Program-made: the position numbers and the translations under genes
Origin: Eledone cirrhosa
Taxonomy: Eukaryota
Length of the DNA: 64,000 nt
Direction of reading: 5' to 3'
NCBI GenBank assembly: GCA_964016885.1
Contig: OZ024743.1
Location: 351,540,001 to 351,604,000 of the forward strand
Notes under the pieces: model-generated
The model's input: only the letters and a program-made list of their open reading frames with translations
What the model was told of the DNA's origin: nothing
The model's database searches: none
Shown here: positions 60,121 to 64,000 of the stretch, piece after piece
Layout of the letters: each line of letters opens with the position of its first letter
How positions within the stretch are numbered: the stretch's first letter is position 1

Positions 60121-60382
60121 GATGATAATGATATCTATAAAAGTAACTATTGCACAAGAGATAATTAGAGTGTAATTCAAGAGTCATTGTGTTGTCACAG
60201 AACATTTTGGCTTCCTCTCATTTATCGAGGGAAAATCATATTAATGGAGCTTGCATTGGGATGAATTGATTCACGTCATATTCAGTTTAGATGTGTTTAA
60301 GTACAAGTGTGACAAGTATGGATTTCTTATAATAGGAACAATGCCAAATATTTCTTTGTAAAAAAATTATATAGTCTATTGA

Positions 60383-62047
60383 TAGCAGGTGGGGGTGGAG
60401 GGCTTCTCATTACGAAGTCGGCGGATAGTCTGCCAGAACATTTTATTTGCTGATCTGAAGTCGGATTCCAGCTTAACCCCAAAGTCCTCTCATATCTTAA
60501 CTTTGGATGCCTTTACTGTCTCTGTTGAGATTCTTCATGACTGCTTGTACTGTAAGTGCAAGAAGGGGGACTTATTTCCAAACTAAGTTTTGTAAGCCTC
60601 CTTCTTTGCTCGGATGATATCTCTCACCTCTTGATTAAACCAATGAGTCCTCCTGCCATCCGGCCCCAAGCAACATTTAACAGCTGAAGCAGAAACTGTT
60701 GCGCTGAATCCCCACTTACTGTTCTCAATTTGCTCAGGGAGTTCTCTGAATTTGGATGCACTAGTATCTGCATACCTGATCCTGACTTCCTTGTCCACCA
60801 CTTTATCCTGTAGGTCGTCCTGGGCTTGCCAGTTTTGTGGGCTTCCTAAGCTTAGTTAGTCTCAAGCTGCAGATAACTAAATGGCGATCAGTTGACAGCT
60901 CAACTCCTCTCTTAACACATACATCCAGCACAGAATCAAAGAGATCAGAGACAAGAAGAAAACCAATTATTGTTTTCTGTCCCTGATTCCCTTTATACCG
61001 TGTATATTTATTGATGTATATTCATTGAGTCCATTGTTAAAACAGAAGTCTAGTAAGGCCTCTCCATTCGTATTTAGATCAGAGTAACCATTCCTTCCAA
61101 TCACTCCTTTCCATGTCAGGTAGTCAGTCCCAACATGTGCATTGAAGTCTCCCATCAGGGTATATGACTCAGTCTTACAAACATCTAACGCTAAAGTGGA
61201 TTCATCAAGGAAGGGTCTGTATTCGGACTCGTTGTTTGGTGCATAAACCTGCACCACCCACAGAGAACTATCTTTCAAGCTAAGCTTCAAGAGATAAATC
61301 CTCCTTCCTAACGGGATCCAATTCATAACACAGCCGGGGGGAGGGGCTTGTGAGTATCACGCCACCCACCTGTGAAGTCATTTCTGGCGCCACACCTGAA
61401 TAGTGGAGTTTCCATCCTCCATCCAAATCTACATTATCAGAGCCACGGAACTTTGTTGGGGAAACCCCGATTATATCTAGCTGGTAGCATTTAGCCTCCT
61501 TCTCTAGTTCCTCCTGTTCCTTACCTGTAAGGGTTGTGATGTTCCAGGTTCCAACTGTTAAGGTTTACTCTCTTCTTTGGGGCCTCGGAATACGCAACCT
61601 TTGTGCGTCCATCCCATGCCTCCCAGGACAGGTCGCAGGCTTATCGCTAGTTTTTGCAACATGAAATGGAAATTGCAAAATATTTTTCGAATAAGCCGCT
61701 CTACCTACGGCCTGAACGCATCCCTTGTTAACGCGCGTGGAGGATGATGCGGTATGTTTCCTAATCATATTGCACTTTCATTTTCTCCGAATTGAGCGAT
61801 CTCAGCACCCATACTATGGGCATGTGGTTAGAATGTCTCAAGATAGAATCGCTGGACAGATTTTACGGGCAAAACCAGCCGGTCGAAGACCCAGAGTTAG
61901 ACCCCAAGCAAGATGCTTGGATAACATCCATGAGCTTGCTGGTCTCGCTTGGCGATCCAGCCTAATCAGTTGGAGGCCGTTGCTTCTGACAGGACCCACT
62001 GGAAGGAGTGTTTGATGATTCTTCCCCTCTCAGGAATAAGTGAACGA

Positions 62048-62127
<80 letters not shown>
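60383..62127. mobile_element. RTE-clade LINE with an inverted 5' part (APE endonuclease on minus), a sense 3' end and an (AGT)n tail
   Basis: Minus: VGTWNITTL, VQVYAP, MGDFNAHVG. Plus: YYGHVVRM..RRPRVRP. TSD TAGTCTATTGA at 60372 and 62128. Confidence 0.85.
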
Positions 62128-62131
<4 letters not shown>

Positions 62132-62329
62132 CTATTGAATTAAAACCGGTATATGACTGGTACATTTTTTTTTTTATATATTATCCACCTATCCCATTTT
62201 TTTTACACAATTGAAGGTTCCTAACTTTCTGTCCCCACCTATTTCATTTTAGTAAATTAGTAAATTTTCTTAAGTTTATTCACAGTTGTATAAAAAAGTA
62301 ATATAACAATACAATGCTTACAGACCGAA

Positions 62330-63060
62330 AGCACATCTGTCGGCCAACTACATTTTCCAGCCTGTGGCATTCGAGACGTTTGGGGGAGTCGGGCTATTGA
62401 CTGCGTGATTCTTATCTTCACTGGAAACTCGCCTAACAGAGGTCACTGGTGATGCTCGTGAAGGCGCTTGGCTATTCCAGCGCATCAGCCTCGCCATCAT
62501 CCGAGGTAACGCCGCGAGCGTACTGGCTTGCCTCAAAAATCCTTAGAGAGGTTTCTCAGTGCTCCTCGTGATACTATTATCTTTTGCTCTGGTAGCGGCT
62601 CGGTTGTCCACCCCTTTCGCCTGCCTTTTGCTGTATGTAGTCCCAGATGTGTGCTACCTGCTTATGTTTTTCTTTTCTTTTCTCTTTTTTTTGTTTTTCC
62701 TTTCCCTTTCCTTTATATTCTATTTGTTTGTGCTTTCGTTCTGTAAGGGGTGAAAGGGGGTGAGCTTTGGGCCGAGGGCAAGAGTGCAGAAGTGCTGCGA
62801 CTCGCTGACAAGACCGCAAAAGCATTCCCGTGGACGATGACCAGTGACACCTGCTGCAACAGCCACCCAACCTCGCGGGGTTCCCTCTTCAGACGGTCCG
62901 CCTACGTTACGATCTTGCGGAGGAGCTCGGCTGTACGGGGTCTAAGTACGCCTGAGGTCTCGACGGCGACCGGTGCGAAGAGGAAGCGACCGGACAAACC
63001 CCGGTATTTATTTTACGTTCTTCAGTGAGGCGGGCCGCGATGCCGGGGTTTGTGGCCGAA
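62330..63060. mobile_element. Two tail-to-tail CRE-clade non-LTR retrotransposon 3' fragments
   Basis: Plus: FQPVAFETFG..LFQRISLAIIRGNAASVL. Minus: FAPVAVETSG..LLQQVSLVIVHGNAFAVL. Confidence 0.7.
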
Positions 63061-64000
63061 GTTGCATGAATTCGAACGAAGAAACTCTAGTAAACTAGTA
63101 TTCCTGAATTTGTTTAGCCTTTTTCTTTATTTGCTTTTTACACAGCTTTTAATATTGAGTACATTGTAACCAACTTATTTAACTTCATATTCTGTCATTT
63201 TAATTCCGGTTGTGATTCTGAGAAAAATATTAATAATTCCTCTTATCATACTTCAATTTCTGTTACTCAAAGACCAACAATTACCAAAGAGAATCAATAA
63301 TTTCCCTTACCTTATCTAATAGCCTATCATTTTGCCCCCAGCTGTGAGAAAGTACTGGATGGATAATTTTGTTTATTTTACCTCATTTTCTGTTATTTGA
63401 GTTCAGTGTGCTAAAATTGATAATTTCTCGTAATTTTATTATATTCTCTGTTATTTAAACTTTGGCCCTTAATGTGTTCAGGTGAAATTTGAAAATTGTT
63501 TTTATTTGACCTCAATTACAAGTTATTTTAAAGGTATAATAATAGAAATTATTTAAATGTTTTCAAACACTTAAATAATTTCTATTGTTATGCCTTTAAA
63601 AAATTAAACTACTCAAACAAAAAACAGATATCGTTTGGCCATTGCGCCGTCGCGAAAAAAGAATTCAGCATCTAAACACAAAACATTCTAATATTCAATG
63701 TAATTGCTAATGTAAAAGGACGATGGTCATGGGTGGAACGTGTTTGAAAACTCGGTCAAGATTGGTCTGATGCTAACTAACAACAACACCTCATACGCAT
63801 AACTCACACACACCAAACTCTTTGCCATATTCCACACAAGGAAAGTATGCATTGCTTTGGAAAGCAACCTTTATTGGTTTGGAAAGTAGGCCGCTAACAG
63901 CGAAGTTCTTGTCTACACTGGCGGCTCATCTTACTGGGTGTCAGGTGATGTCCATTAGGGTACCTGGTTATTTCAGCGCCTTAACCTCGCCCGTGGTAAT

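Overview
AT-rich, microsatellite-dense animal genomic DNA. The tRNA-derived SINE family and (TA)n/(CA)n load suggest an octopus or other coleoid cephalopod (inference). The window contains one complete host gene: a minus-strand SLC6/NSS sodium-dependent transporter with 13 coding exons (60120 to 13590, 588 aa as spliced by hand, one GC-AG intron) and an unusual chloride/Na1 site. Bases 1-45 kb, including the last three ~10-12 kb introns, are filled with Penelope-like retroelements (PLEs; RT + GIY-YIG) of several lineages. Almost all sit in (TA)n tracts, many are folded back into long inverted repeats, and together they carry about 20 minimal type I hammerhead ribozyme (HHR) motifs. Three inserts have no ORF and look like terminally redundant 330-480 bp monomers with one HHR each (retrozyme-like). 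Also present: a degenerate Ty3/Gypsy with an inverted half-LTR and non-CA LTR ends, a Gypsy deletion derivative, a 5'-inverted RTE LINE with an 11-bp TSD, CRE/CR1/Tx1 LINE fragments, mariner, hAT, TTAA-MITE and Helitron remnants, SINEs, a tRNA-Ile pseudogene and minisatellites. All coordinates and RNA folds were read by eye and may be off by a few bases.
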